This document shows positions 12,981 through 25,558 of a stretch of 64,000 nucleotides of DNA, one piece after another. How positions within the stretch are numbered: position 1 is the first letter of the stretch; each line of letters begins with the position of its first letter. The stretch covers positions 3,534,001 to 3,598,000 of the forward strand of contig OX597826.1 of the NCBI GenBank assembly GCA_951406725.2, in the 5' to 3' direction. The notes beneath the pieces are model-generated. The model made no database searches, had not been told where the DNA came from, and worked only from the letters and a program-made list of their open reading frames with translations. This DNA is from Octopus vulgaris. Its lineage: Eukaryota. Made by a program: the position numbers and the translations under genes.

Positions 12981-14025
12981 ATAGCACTAAGGTAGTGCAT
13001 TTAATTATGATGCGGTTGTTGAGCAAGTGATGCCTTTGACAGACTATACGACATTATGTATGTATGTATGTATATGTATATATATGTATGTATATATATA
13101 TGCATGTATGTATGGTTGTATTTGGAGTGTGTGTACGTGTGAATTCTCCTCAAATACTTGTGTTTCAGGATTATTTCAATCACTTACATTTATCCTGTTC
13201 TCGCGATAATTATTGGAATCCTGCTCCTTCCCCATTTCTACTTTCTCTTCATCGTCCTCATCATCTTCAATCAACATCTTCGGCATCATCGTATTCAAGA
13301 TTAACACAAACCAAAGTAGTTTCCTTTAGAATTGTTTTGCCTCATCTTATTTTTGTAGTAAATAATAAAAATCTCTGTAAATCATGACACTTGTATCTGA
13401 TATTAACAACTTTCACTGTTGTTGACCATTGATTATATGATAAATTTTTCAATGTAAAATACTTAATTAAATCAACATTGTCTCCGCTTCTGCATTAAAG
13501 ACAAAATATGCGTTCCTGTATTACATTTATACTTATTATATAAGCTTGTATTTGCGTCAATTCTTTCGATTGATAGTTGCAGCTGTGTATAAATTTTGTT
13601 CCAAGGCATCTTGCGGGCGTCATTCGTATAGTATTTCTGCATCATGTCCAACGATTCTAATATAATTGGTATACCTATATCTGATATTTGACTTATTTAT
13701 ATTTCAACTCCTTGATCTTAAACATATTCTCTCTTCTCTTCCTATCCATAATTTTGGCAGAACAAATCCATATATCTATAAAAGTGTAGAAGGTTTCATA
13801 TTTTTTTCTTTTTATGTTATTATCTATTTCGTTCGCAACAATTTCACTGTCATTCAAAACAGTTATGCCCAGTAGTCATAGAGCTGTAACAATTTCCCTT
13901 CCTTCAAAACCTGCTTCTCATATATCTTTAACTATCTTTTTTTTATAGATTTAGAAGTGTTGACATATCAATAATTGGATATTGCCACACATGATACCGA
14001 GCCAGCTCATGGACTTAATATGTAT

Positions 14026-14200
<175 letters not shown>

Positions 14201-14308
14201 CGAGGGCAAAATTGTTGCAGGTATTCTTGTTTTAACAATATAGTTAGCACTCAGAAAAAAAAATATATATATTTTTTATATTATTAATAAATTATCAAAT
14301 TTCATAAA

Positions 14309-14505
14309 GCGGTGGGCTGGCAAAACAGTTACTTCAGCAGGGCAAAATGCTGAACAGTATTTCGGCTGTCTTTACGTTCAAAGTTTACATTCCACCGAGG
14401 TTGACATTGGCATTCATCCTATCGGAGTCGATAAAATAAGTAACAGTTAAGTACAGAGGTCGATTTAATGGGCTTACCCTCTCCCTGAAAGGACTTATGC
14501 CAAAA
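14309..14505 (+). mobile_element. SINE family B (B2 tail), diverged
   Basis: Head, and central 'cattcatcctatcggagtcgataaaataagtaacag'. Confidence 0.7.
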
Positions 14506-14591
14506 TATAATGCTAATAAAGCATAAAAATTCTTATTATTGATCATGTGTACTGAATGTAGTTAATTAGGAAAGTAATTTCTCTGCATATT

Positions 14592-14822
14592 TTACTCTTT
14601 TACTCTTTTACTTGTTTCAGTCCTATGACTGTGGCCATGATCGATATCCGCCTTTAGTCGAGCAAATCGACCCCAAGATTTATTCTTTGTAAGCCTAGTA
14701 CTTATTCTATCGGACTCTCTTGCCGAACCGCTAAGTTACGGGAACGTAAACACACCAGCATCGGTTGTCAAGCGATGCTGGGGGAGGGGCAAACACAGAC
14801 ACAGAACCATACACACACACAT

Positions 14823-14881
<59 letters not shown>

Positions 14882-15049
14882 CATACGACGGGGTTCTTTC
14901 AGTTTCCGTCTACCAAGCCCTCTCACAAGGTTTTGGTCGGTCCGAGGCTATAGTAGAAGACACTTGCCCGAGGTGCCACGCAGTGGGACTGAACCCGGAA
15001 CCATGTGGTTGGTAAGCAAGCTACTTATCACACAGCCACCCCTACGCCT
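14592..15049 (-). mobile_element. SINE family A, full length (tRNA head, CORE-like motif, internal (TA/TG)n, (GTAAAAGA)n tail)
   Basis: A box tggctgtg.., B box ggttcagtccc, acct(t/c)gggcaagtg motif, tandem 8-nt tail; more than 10 copies in the window. Confidence 0.9.
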
Positions 15050-15152
15050 GTATACCTGTATATTCACACAGAAAAATATATGAATGTATAAGGCGTGTAT
15101 TTATTACACACACACACTCACACACACATACATATATAGTGTGTGTGTGTGC

Positions 15153-15193
<41 letters not shown>

Positions 15194-15269
15194 TTCTTAC
15201 ATGGTTATTTTCTAAGTAATACCGTCGTTTCCCTTATAGATATACTTTATTTCTCAAACCCCAATCAGT

Positions 15270-16900
15270 TTGTAATTCCTCTGATCTAGAGCAGGTCTTG
15301 CTACTTTATACTTTTGGCCGGCTAAACGGTTACATCCGCTCGGAGCACATGTTGAATATATTCTGTCTACATCCGGTTTCGAAGAATGGCTTGAAAATAT
15401 CTTGTTATTTTTTCTGTTTTTTCTAGCGAGAAAGAATTTCAGTTCATCTCTTTGCAATGCGATGCTACTATTATTGATGGAGGACGCTGAAAATCGGTGT
15501 CAACATATGCAGATGACGTCACGAAGATGTCACTGGGCAGCGCGTAAATTGTGATGTTCGGCACAGTCTTCAATAAATGGATGAAGAGACACTCATATTC
15601 TCATGAATGAGAGTCAGTAGCCTCAAACGCAGTTCTTGGTGCCCTACCGTTGCGTTTTCGAGCTCTATTTGAGATGACTATTGTTTCTCGGTCGCTAGAT
15701 GTCGCCCGATTCAGTTTATAATCATGCTGGATTCTATCAGCTTTTTCGTATTTGCAGGAATACACAGGTGATGGAATTGTTTTTGTGCCAAATTGTCCTA
15801 ATTCGACAACCTTCCAATTCTGCTAAGCGTAGACTTCCCTGCTCATTCCTATTACCGATATAGAATTACGGAGATTGTTTTTTCCGAAATGATAGAGGCA
15901 CATAACTACAAACTATATCACTGTGTGGCAGTAACCGAATTTCTAGATCGCCGCAGTAAGGGAAAATGCTTTACGCATAAATTCCTTCGGTACACTGAGA
16001 GCGCACCCCTACCTACGCTAGTGTTCGCTGAGCCGACTATGCTGTTTTGGGATCAATTTCGAGATGATTTTATTTATTACCTTTCGACTCTGGTGTCTCT
16101 CTCCGGTTCTCATCTAAATCGACTGAAGCATCTGCACTCTTACCACTTTTGTAAGGAAGGGGATCCAATCCTCAGAAAAAAACTTTTTAAAGCCTACACG
16201 CACTGTGCTGAGACAATTACGTAAAATGACTGATAATGTGCAAGCATGCGCGTCGCCTACGATATTTGACGAGATTTCGTTTGTGAAACTGTTTCCTTTT
16301 GTTTGAAGCATATTTTCCTGCAGCTGTCCCTTTGGTGGACATGCGGACCAAATTCTATAGCATTTTCACTCAGTCGTATTTGTCTAATGAACATGCAATG
16401 TTATCTGTAGTAAAACAACTATTTTATTCTAGAAGGAATTGATGAGTCCAATGTAACCAGTCGTTCTGGTAAGTGATGAATATTTCTAAAATCGATTTTC
16501 CATATTAAACTCTATATACTGACTGGAGCCACCATTTTGAAAATTCTGAAATGAACGTTGTACGATAAAATCGTACATGCACAAACTCTGATATAAACAT
16601 GTGTTGATTCTCTGAAAATTGCTGATTTGTAGGAGAGAAGGGAATATGTAATAATTCTATGATGAACATCAATACCAAAAAAAGTATCAGCCAATTTGTC
16701 TGGGAGACACAGTCCACAAACATCAAATTTACTGGCCTTGTGTCTACATAGAGAACCATTAATGGTTGCTAGTTGCCACAATGTTAGAGCGAAAGAAAAC
16801 TTCTATGTACTTGTTCCCGCTTTATACGTACAGAATCCAAGAACTGACGAAATTAACAATGAAGTACCAAATCCTTGCAGGCGAGTTGCCTAAATGAGAG
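15270..16900 (+). mobile_element. Highly decayed Penelope-like element (RT and GIY-YIG remnants)
   Basis: Ordered plus-strand remnants: 'SLDV' (~15690), 'KGKCFTHKF...AP...LFWDQFRDDFI' (RT W.R..DD motif, 15889-16224), 'TVHKHQI' and 'LFPLY' (~16705-16825; GIY-YIG C-terminal part). Confidence 0.5.
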
Positions 16901-16982
16901 ACGATTCATTAAGTCTGGAAGCTGCCAGAATCGCTAGCACGCCGTTGCAAATTTCAAGCCTTGTGCCTAGAAATAGTTGTTA

Positions 16983-17059
<77 letters not shown>

Positions 17060-17482
17060 GAGTAAGAGACCAAGTCATGCCATCAAAGTGACACTGGGGT
17101 AAAATATACGAAGCCTAGTCTACTCATCGTGATTACCCGTCTGATAAGGGTACACTAGGTATATACATCACAATCATATGTGCGCGACATAGTGATCTCA
17201 TATGAACATAAACAGCACATGACTTTGCAGGTGGGGCCCAGTTAGAATTTTCTGCTTGTTGAGTAGCACATCCTGCTCAAAAGGTCCTTGAATAAAGGTT
17301 GATTGAGAATGTCGAACGAAATACCCATGTTTCCAAAGGTGAATTATCCAAACTCCAAAGAATCCCTCTCAACACATGGCTATGATACTCCCTCTCTACA
17401 TCTGCTCGTGATCAGAGAAACACATATCGCCAGCCACTAAGGGACATGCTCTACTGGTTAAGATCAAGCAACTGACAAGCAA
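17060..17482 (-). mobile_element. Family C element, truncated, abutting (TTA)n at 16977-17059
   Basis: Aligns with 3001-3423. Confidence 0.85.
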
Positions 17483-17500
17483 TATTATCATCATCATCAC

Positions 17501-17613
<113 letters not shown>

Positions 17614-18412
17614 TATTATCATTACCTTTGTTGTTGTTTGCTTTTGGTAGTGGTTTTGATGGTGTTGGTGTTGTTATTAATATTTTTATCATTTTGTAGC
17701 AGCAGTGGTAGTATCGGCGGCGCTGGCAGCAGCAGCAGTAGCAGCAGCAGCAATAATAGCATGGTTTTAATTAAATTACCAATAATTATCAATAGAAGGA
17801 AAGCGATGGCGCTAGTAAATTTTTCTTTTATTCTTCTTATTAGATTTTATTCAAATTTTTGATAAATTGCACCATAAACAAAATGGCAGCGAATGATATA
17901 TGAAAGGTGAATCCTAATAAGTCTAATCAACTTCCTGACCTTTATTGCTGTTATTGAAATTAGTCATTAAAAGGATTTCTAGTTTGTTTTGATACCACTT
18001 TATTATGAATAGATATAATCACATCGCTCATGCGAAGAAACGCTACTGAATGTTTTAGTCACACAAATTGTGTAAGAGATTCTTGGAAGTTTCACGTTTA
18101 TTTTTCCTAATTACCCTCCTTATATAGAAAACAATTCCGAACGCCGACACATATTTACCTGTTTGACCACTGCATACTTCTGTAAAACCTGTTGCACCAA
18201 AGTCACAAAAGGTTACATCAAACAACAAAGCCTATAAACGATATTGTATATTGAAAGAAAGTGATTTCATAAATCTGGTGGAATGTCCGTTATTTATCGT
18301 TAATCTTAAATGTAAACTTAATTTCACTGCATAAATACTGGGGTGGATGGATGGATGGTTGGCTGGAAGAATAATCGTCTGGTTGGCTGGATAGACATAA
18401 TATTTACATAAG

Positions 18413-18494
<82 letters not shown>

Positions 18495-18732
18495 GCTAGT
18501 TTACCATGGCTCATATACAAGGACAAGCTGAAGAGTAACCTGTTGGCAGTGAATGTAGATCACAACATCGAGCGAACAGCCTTGCAGTAAATAAAATGGA
18601 TATCGTTGTGTTGAAATGGCATCTGAAACTTTGTTATAATCATGTTTCGAGGTGCAGAGCAAAGGAGAAAAGTGACTGCAAATGCACTGACGTGTAATCG
18701 TCATGCTTGCAGGATTTGTGGACTTCTTTGCA

Positions 18733-18871
18733 ACCCCAGGACTTATTCTTTCTATGCCTGGTACTTATTTTATCGGTATATTTTGTACAACGGCTAAGTT
18801 ATGGGGATGTAAACACACAAACATAAGTTGTCAAGCGATGGTGGGGAGACAAACACAGACATACAAATACA

Positions 18872-18967
<96 letters not shown>

Positions 18968-19400
18968 CATACACAAACACAGACACACACACACACACAC
19001 ACAAAACACACACACACACATATATATATATATACTTTATTTAAAGCAGCAGAAAATTCAACAAAACCTGTTACTCTGAGTTTCGCGTTGCCGTTCATCG
19101 GAAACTCAGAGTAACAGGTTTTGTAGAATTTTCTGCTGCTTTAAATAAAGCATATTACTCTACCACCGGTATTTGACTACTCTTTTTTTCCACCTTGTTT
19201 CACATTTATGTGTTTACTCCGGCATATATATATATATATATATGTACAACGGGCTTCTTTCGGTTCCCGTCTGTTAAATCCACTCACAAGATTTTGGATA
19301 ACCAGAGGCTATAGTCGAATTCGCTTGCCGAAGGTGCCAAGCAGTGGGGCTGAACCTGGGTACAAGAGATTAGGATGCAAGCTTCTTTCCACACAGCCAC
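18733..19400 (-). mobile_element. SINE family A interrupted by a fold-back element
   Basis: Tail half at 18733-18870 and head half at 19246-19400. Confidence 0.75.
19035..19222. mobile_element. Penelope-pLTR-like fold-back element (50-bp arms) with a hammerhead remnant
   Basis: Arms at 19035-19084 and 19101-19150; same family as 46649-46905, including the downstream tail. Confidence 0.75.
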
Positions 19401-19538
19401 GTCAACCAGAAAGAGAGAAAGTGAGAAAAGAGGTAGAGAGAGAGAGAGCGATAGAAAGATAGATGTATAGATAGATACACAAATAGGTAGCTAGCTGGAG
19501 GTAGATAGGTATATATGTATGTATATATATAAAAAAGA

Positions 19539-19853
19539 CTCCGCCGGTTACGACGACGAGGGTCCCAGCTGATACGATCAACGGAACAGCTTGCTCGTGA
19601 AATTAACGTGCAAATGGCTGAGCATTCCACAGACACGTGTACCCTTAACGTAGTTCTCGGGGATATTCAGCGTGACACAGAGAGTGACAAGGCTGACCCT
19701 TTGAAATACAAGTACAACTCATTTTTGCCAGCTGAGTGGACTGGAGCAACGTGAAATAAAGTGTCTTGCCCAAGGACACAACGCGTCGCCGGGAATCGAA
19801 CTCACAACCTTACGATCATGAGCCGAATGCCCTAACCACTAAGCCACGCGCCC

Positions 19854-19857
<4 letters not shown>
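19539..19857 (-). mobile_element. SINE family E (tRNA head plus CORE-like domain), near full length
   Basis: Minus strand: tggcttagtggttaggg...gagttcgattccc...gtccttgggcaagacacttt; second copy at 44831. Confidence 0.9.
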
Positions 19858-19929
<72 letters not shown>

Positions 19930-19952
19930 TATAGAGAGAGATAGATAGATAA

Positions 19953-20033
<81 letters not shown>
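19858..20033. repeat. (TA)n and (ATAG)n microsatellites
   Basis: Direct arrays. Confidence 0.95.
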
Positions 20034-20034
<1 letters not shown>

Positions 20035-20544
20035 TCGAACGTAACAAAATTGAATACTGTACAGTGTGATACGTACATCTAGTATAGAATTACTAGACAG
20101 ATGGAAATAAAAAAAAAGACTTTTTTTTTCATTTGACAACTGACGATGATAAAATCCTTTATGGAAACAAGAGATTCGTTTGTAGTGAAACAGAAGTTTT
20201 TAGGCTTCTTGGATCAGGATGACACAATCCTGAACAGTAGTGCCCCTATGTATTAATGCATCACTTATATGTCAATAACGTTGAATTTTACATGTTACTC
20301 TGTGACGTCGGAGTCTCTGTGATATGACTTATTCTGAAAGGGAAAATATGTATGGAATAGCCATCTAACAGAAAATCAATTATTGGCTAGAATATATATT
20401 AGCCCACGTAGATATGTGCTTTTGTTATTTTTGTGTAATATCTGAATTTATAAACTTTCGCACGTAAATTCTATAGGGGAGGTTTGGGGATGTGAAATGT
20501 CGCCTTTCAGAAAAATATAAGAGAAACAAGGGATATATATATAC

Positions 20545-20591
<47 letters not shown>

Positions 20592-20665
20592 ATGTGTACA
20601 TAGAAAAAAAGATAGATAGACTGATAGATACATAGATAGACAGACAGAGAGACAGATAGACAGAC

Positions 20666-20749
<84 letters not shown>

Positions 20750-20800
20750 GGATGGATGGATGGATGGATGGATGGATGGATAGATAGATAGAGAGAGGGG
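20545..20800. repeat. Compound (TA)/(TG)/(GATA)/(GATG) microsatellite
   Basis: Direct arrays. Confidence 0.95.
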
Positions 20801-21346
20801 TAGATAGACGAAGTTATAATAGAAAGACAAAAGTAAATAAACGACATTATGAGAGAAAGAGTGAGAGAAAGAGAGAGAGAAGAAAATAAACGAAGTTTTG
20901 AAAGAAAGAGAGAAATACAAAAACAGAGAGAGAGAGAAAGAGAAAGAGAAGGCGTTTGAGGTAAAGTAAACTCTACTGAGACTTTTAAAGAAGAAATACA
21001 TGAAAAGTTAGAACTAATTCCGGCAGAACTTACTTGTCATAAACCATGGAAAAGAAACAAGCGCCAGGCTTGGTATGTTGAACAAAAGCTTGCAGAGAAT
21101 ACCATCATATTCCAAACAGTATGGAAGAAATAACTTCATGATTATAGCAAATATTTTTGGCGTACCAATAAGAGTTTATTTTACTGCACCACTTGTCGGA
21201 AACACTTTCGTAATTTCCATTAAATCAAGTCTTGAAATCTTGAAATTAGAAGGACACATAGGATAATATAGCTTTTGAAAGCCCTTACGAAATGAGGTAG
21301 TATGTAGTAATTTGTGTTGCTACTAATTTGTACTATTACTAACAGT

Positions 21347-21579
21347 GTGGAGGCGCAATGGCCCAGGTGGTTAGGGCAGCAAACTCGCGGTTTCGATTCC
21401 CACACCGGGCGTTGTGTGTGTGTCTATTGAGCGGAAACACCTACAGCTCCACGAGGGTCCAGCAGGGGGTGGTGGCGACCCCTGTTGTACTCTTTCGCCC
21501 CAACTTTCTCACACTCTTTCTTCCTGTTTCTTGAGTAACGCTGCGATGGACTGGCGTCCCGTCCAGCTGGGGGGGGGGG
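21347..21579 (+). mobile_element. SINE family F (tRNA head, V-domain-like motif)
   Basis: A/B boxes; 'ctgcgatggactggcgtcccgtccag' resembles the V-SINE conserved motif. Confidence 0.85.
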
Positions 21580-21719
21580 AGCACATCAGGAAAAATGCTT
21601 AGCGGCATTTCTTCCAACGTTGTGTTCTCATTTGAAATGCCGCCGCCATTGACTTCATCTCTCGTCCTTTAACTTTTACAATCTGAATTCAAAAACAATT
21701 CTTTACCACCGCTTTTACT

Positions 21720-21771
21720 ATCACACCTACACCACCATTAACGCCACCACCACTACCACCATCACCGCCAT

Positions 21772-21822
<51 letters not shown>

Positions 21823-22324
21823 CACTACTACTACTATCATACCACCACCATCATTACTGCCACCAACAACAACGCCTCCACCACTACCACAGCTAATACT
21901 ACTACCACCACCACCACCACCATCACCACCACAACTACTACTGCTATCATAACAACACCATCATTACCGTCACCAACACCAATACACCCACCACTACCAC
22001 AGCTACTACTACCACCACCACCACAACCACTACTACTACTATCACAACTACTGCTACTACTACTATCATGCCACCAACATCATTACCTATTTTTTTATTA
22101 CCCACAAGGGGCTAAACTTAGAGGGGACAAACAGGGACACACAAACGGATTAAGTCGATTACATCGACCCCAGTGCGTAACTGGTACTTAATTTATCGAA
22201 CCCGAAAGGATGAAAGGCAAAGTCGACCTCGGCGGAATTTGAACTCACAACGTACCATCACCAACACCAACACATCCACCACTACTACAGCCACCACCAC
22301 CAAAACCACTACTACAACAACAAG

Positions 22325-22357
<33 letters not shown>

Positions 22358-22478
22358 AACTATCATACCACCACATCCACCACTACCAAAGCTACTACAA
22401 TCACCACCACCACCACCACCACTATTACTACTACTACTAACTACTAACACTAACTACTACTACTACTACTACTACTAT

Positions 22479-22516
<38 letters not shown>

Positions 22517-22520
22517 TTAC
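21720..22520. repeat. Degenerate (ACC/ACT)n low-complexity tract containing a family B1 SINE piece (22085-22254, minus)
   Basis: Direct trinucleotide arrays; the SINE piece matches 50300-50520. Confidence 0.9.
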
Positions 22521-22944
22521 TGCACCTTGCTTCTGCCGCCACTTGCTGGTTCTATTATAGCTGTTGCCACTGACTGTACTATTGTCTTCTCTTGCACTTG
22601 GTAGCGGCCAGCTATATCAAATACCCGAGAGAGAGAGAGAGAGAGAGAGAGTAAAAGACGAAGAGAGAGAGGGAAAAATAGTGAGAGACAGAGATAGAGG
22701 GAGAATGCTCGGACCTGCGAAATAGATGACCGATTGAAATACCTTCAAATATATAATACAGAAAAAAAAACAGAAAAAAGAATAAAAAACCCTGGGAAAA
22801 GCATAAATGCCCAAACTTCCCAGTTGTCTCCTGATCATAAATTTACGTTAGATTCCTACGTCACATCCAATTATTGGTAAATGTATTATGTATCGTTCTT
22901 GTTTCTCTTGTTAATGTTAAGTGTTGGGCTTTTTTTTGTGTTTG

Positions 22945-23291
22945 ATGATGATGATGATGGTGGGGGTGGTGGGGGTGACGATGGTGATAATGATTGTGGC
23001 GGTGGTGATGGTGATGGTGATGATGGTGATAATGATGATGATGGTGGTGGTGGTGGTGGTGGTGATGATGGTGATGATGGTGATGATAATGATGGTGGTG
23101 GCGGTGGTGGTGATGATGATGTTGGTAGTATTGGTGGTGATGATGGTGATGATGATGGTCATGATGATGATTGTGGTGGTGGTGGTGGTGGTGATGATGG
23201 TGATAATGATGGTGCTGGTGATGATGGTGATGATGGTGATGAGGATGATGATGAAGATGGTGGTGGTGTTGGTGGTGGTGGGGGGGGGGGG
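22945..23291. repeat. Degenerate (GGT/GAT)n tract
   Basis: Direct arrays; source of the G/D-rich pseudo-ORF. Confidence 0.9.
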
Positions 23292-25242
23292 AAGGTGTTG
23301 TTGGCGGTGCTGGAGGTGACGGTGGTATTTATATTGTCAGCAATGGTGCTCTCTATTACTCCGTATTTATCTAAATATTTTCTTCTATTAAAGCCTCTTT
23401 GAGCTCCATCATATATTTTGTTTTTAAATATGTTTTTCTTTTTTCTTTTTTGTTTCTTGGCAAAAAATACAAAGCCCATTTGTTCGCAGAAGGACATAAA
23501 AAACAACAACCAACAACAGCAAAATAATCACTTTAACAAGATATAAAATAAAACAAAAACAAATGCCTCACCTATTAAAACGTATACATGCGCACGCACA
23601 TTCACACACATTCATTTCTAGAGTCCGACATTTATTCATCCTACACACAAATCAACAAACAGACAAATGGAATGGTCACTAATTTCTAAAACATGATTGC
23701 TTTGTTTGTCTTTCGAGTAGCAAGAAAGATTTCAATTGAAAAAGAGAGAGAGAGAGAGAGAGAGACAGAAATGAATATAAAAAAAAAAGAAGGCGAACGA
23801 GAACACGAGAGATTGGGTATGTGTGTACATGTGTGTGTTTATATGTGAGTCTGAGAGAGGAAAAGAAGAATACGGAGTGAGTGAGTGAGTGAGTGAGTGA
23901 GAGAGAGAGAAAAGATGAGAGAGAGAGAGAGTGAGTGAGTGAGTGAGAGAGAGAGAGAGAGTGAAGGGGTGAAGAAAAAACATTTTCTCTAATTGTTGCT
24001 TGAAACAGATTTTAATAACAATCCGCTGCCTTATTCCACACTTCAATAAGGTGAGGGAATAAGACAGATGGCTATTTAATTTTAGACCGAAACAAAACAA
24101 AGAAACACTTTATTTTGTTTTTTCTTTCTTCCTTACAGTATTTCTCTTTCATTTTAATATATTTTTTCTCTGCAATCACTGTCGAATGTTTAGCTTAAAT
24201 ATTCAAGCAAACTGCGTTCTTATAAAATTCATTAATTGTTTCTGCAGTACACATGTGTTGCTGTATCAGGCGAGGGAATCATAATGGTTATTGTTGCTAT
24301 TAGTTTGTTGTTGTTACTGCTGCTGCTGCTGCTGTTGTTGTTGTTGTTGTTTCGCCTCAAGTTAGCTCAGATGAATCTGGGAATAAACATCGGTTGGTTG
24401 TTTATTCTTACCCATGAAGACTTTTACAAGACGGTACACCAGAACCTCACAAGTCTCATCCCCTAGCAGTCGCTGTTAACCCTTTCACAATTGAAAGGGT
24501 TGCAGCATTGTGATATGCAGTCCTTTAAACAAGAGCATCACGTGTGACCCAGGATGGGAATTTGTTTGCTCTTGCTCGTGTATATGAAACACAGACATTA
24601 TGATAATCTTCCTATGTTAGGATTCATGAACTTGGGCGGCCATGAAACCCACACCCAAGGAGCAGGAATCGCATCTGCCTGACTTTCGCGTCTGGAATGG
24701 CCAAAGTACCCCACACACATAACATATGTTTTCATTAAATATATCTGTGTGAAAGCAAGTGAACTATTTATTACGCGTATTGGAGACACAATTGTAAGGT
24801 TGTGTATTTGGTTTTCGAATCAGGTTGCGCGATTCGTAAGAAAGAATTCAACATCAGTTCCTATAACTCCATTGCTCTCAGATAGAAATAAGTTTTGTGA
24901 GAAGTTGCCGCTGGTTGACATTCCGTGTCGGATTTAGAGAGTCTACAATGCGTTAAACATGGGCTGTTGACAGAGATTAATTTACCAAAGACGAATTTAT
25001 TCAACATTTCTAATTATAACGTAAGCCTTCCTCATGATAACGACCACAGAGAAGTGACCGTCAATGATAAGCATAAACATGTGTGTGTTGCGCGTGCGTG
25101 TGTGTGAGCGTATATGCAGCACAGATTCTCCCTATGGGATGTGAATTTGTGACGAAAAACAGCTTAAGATATTAACACAGTATTTTCTCTACCACTCTCC
25201 CGATCTATGAACACAGTACTGTTTGAATAAATACTGATACGT

Positions 25243-25558
25243 ATTTATTTATTTATGCGCCCCTTTCAAGCCTAGCCAGGTCCATGGGCCTGGTTTCCCG
25301 GTTTCTGTGGCGTATGTGTTCCCCCCAGCTGGAAAGGATGCCAGTCCATCGCAGCGTTACTCAAGAAACAGGAAGAGAGAGTGAGAGAAAGTTGAGGCGA
25401 AAGAGTACAACACGGGTCGTTAACACTCCCTTTTGGAGCCTCTTGGAGCTTTAGGTGTTTTCGCTCAATAAACACACACAACGCCCGGTGTGGGAATCGA
25501 AATCACGATCCTCCGACCGTGAGTCCGCTGCCCTAACCACTGGGCCATTGCGCCTCCA
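25243..25558 (-). mobile_element. SINE family F, full length, with (TAAA)n tail and TSD
   Basis: Complete head-to-tail match; direct repeat aaatactgata at 25229-25239 and 25560-25570. Confidence 0.92.

Noticed and set aside
20133-20190. Other CTGANGA...GAAA occurrences (20140, 10815-10875 minus, 26275, 44153, 61545, 9765 minus)
   Set aside because: Helix I or III cannot be formed, or the core has several changes. They may be decayed copies but cannot be supported by eye.
21347-21410. tRNA-like sequences at SINE heads (also 5057, 6700, 19790, 25490, 34372, 62399)
   Set aside because: They have A/B boxes but no complete cloverleaf, and each continues into a multi-copy SINE body, so they are not tRNA genes.
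22881-23402. 173-aa G/D-rich ORF with apparent signal peptide and C-terminal hydrophobic segment
   Set aside because: The body is a (GGT/GAT)n microsatellite that is open in several frames on both strands, and the hydrophobic ends come from T-rich flanks.
24026-24066. Hairpin tgccttattccacactt-caat-aaggtgagggaataagaca as a pre-miRNA
   Set aside because: The stem is ~17 bp with a 4-nt loop, too short for a canonical pre-miRNA, and I do not recognise a mature sequence.
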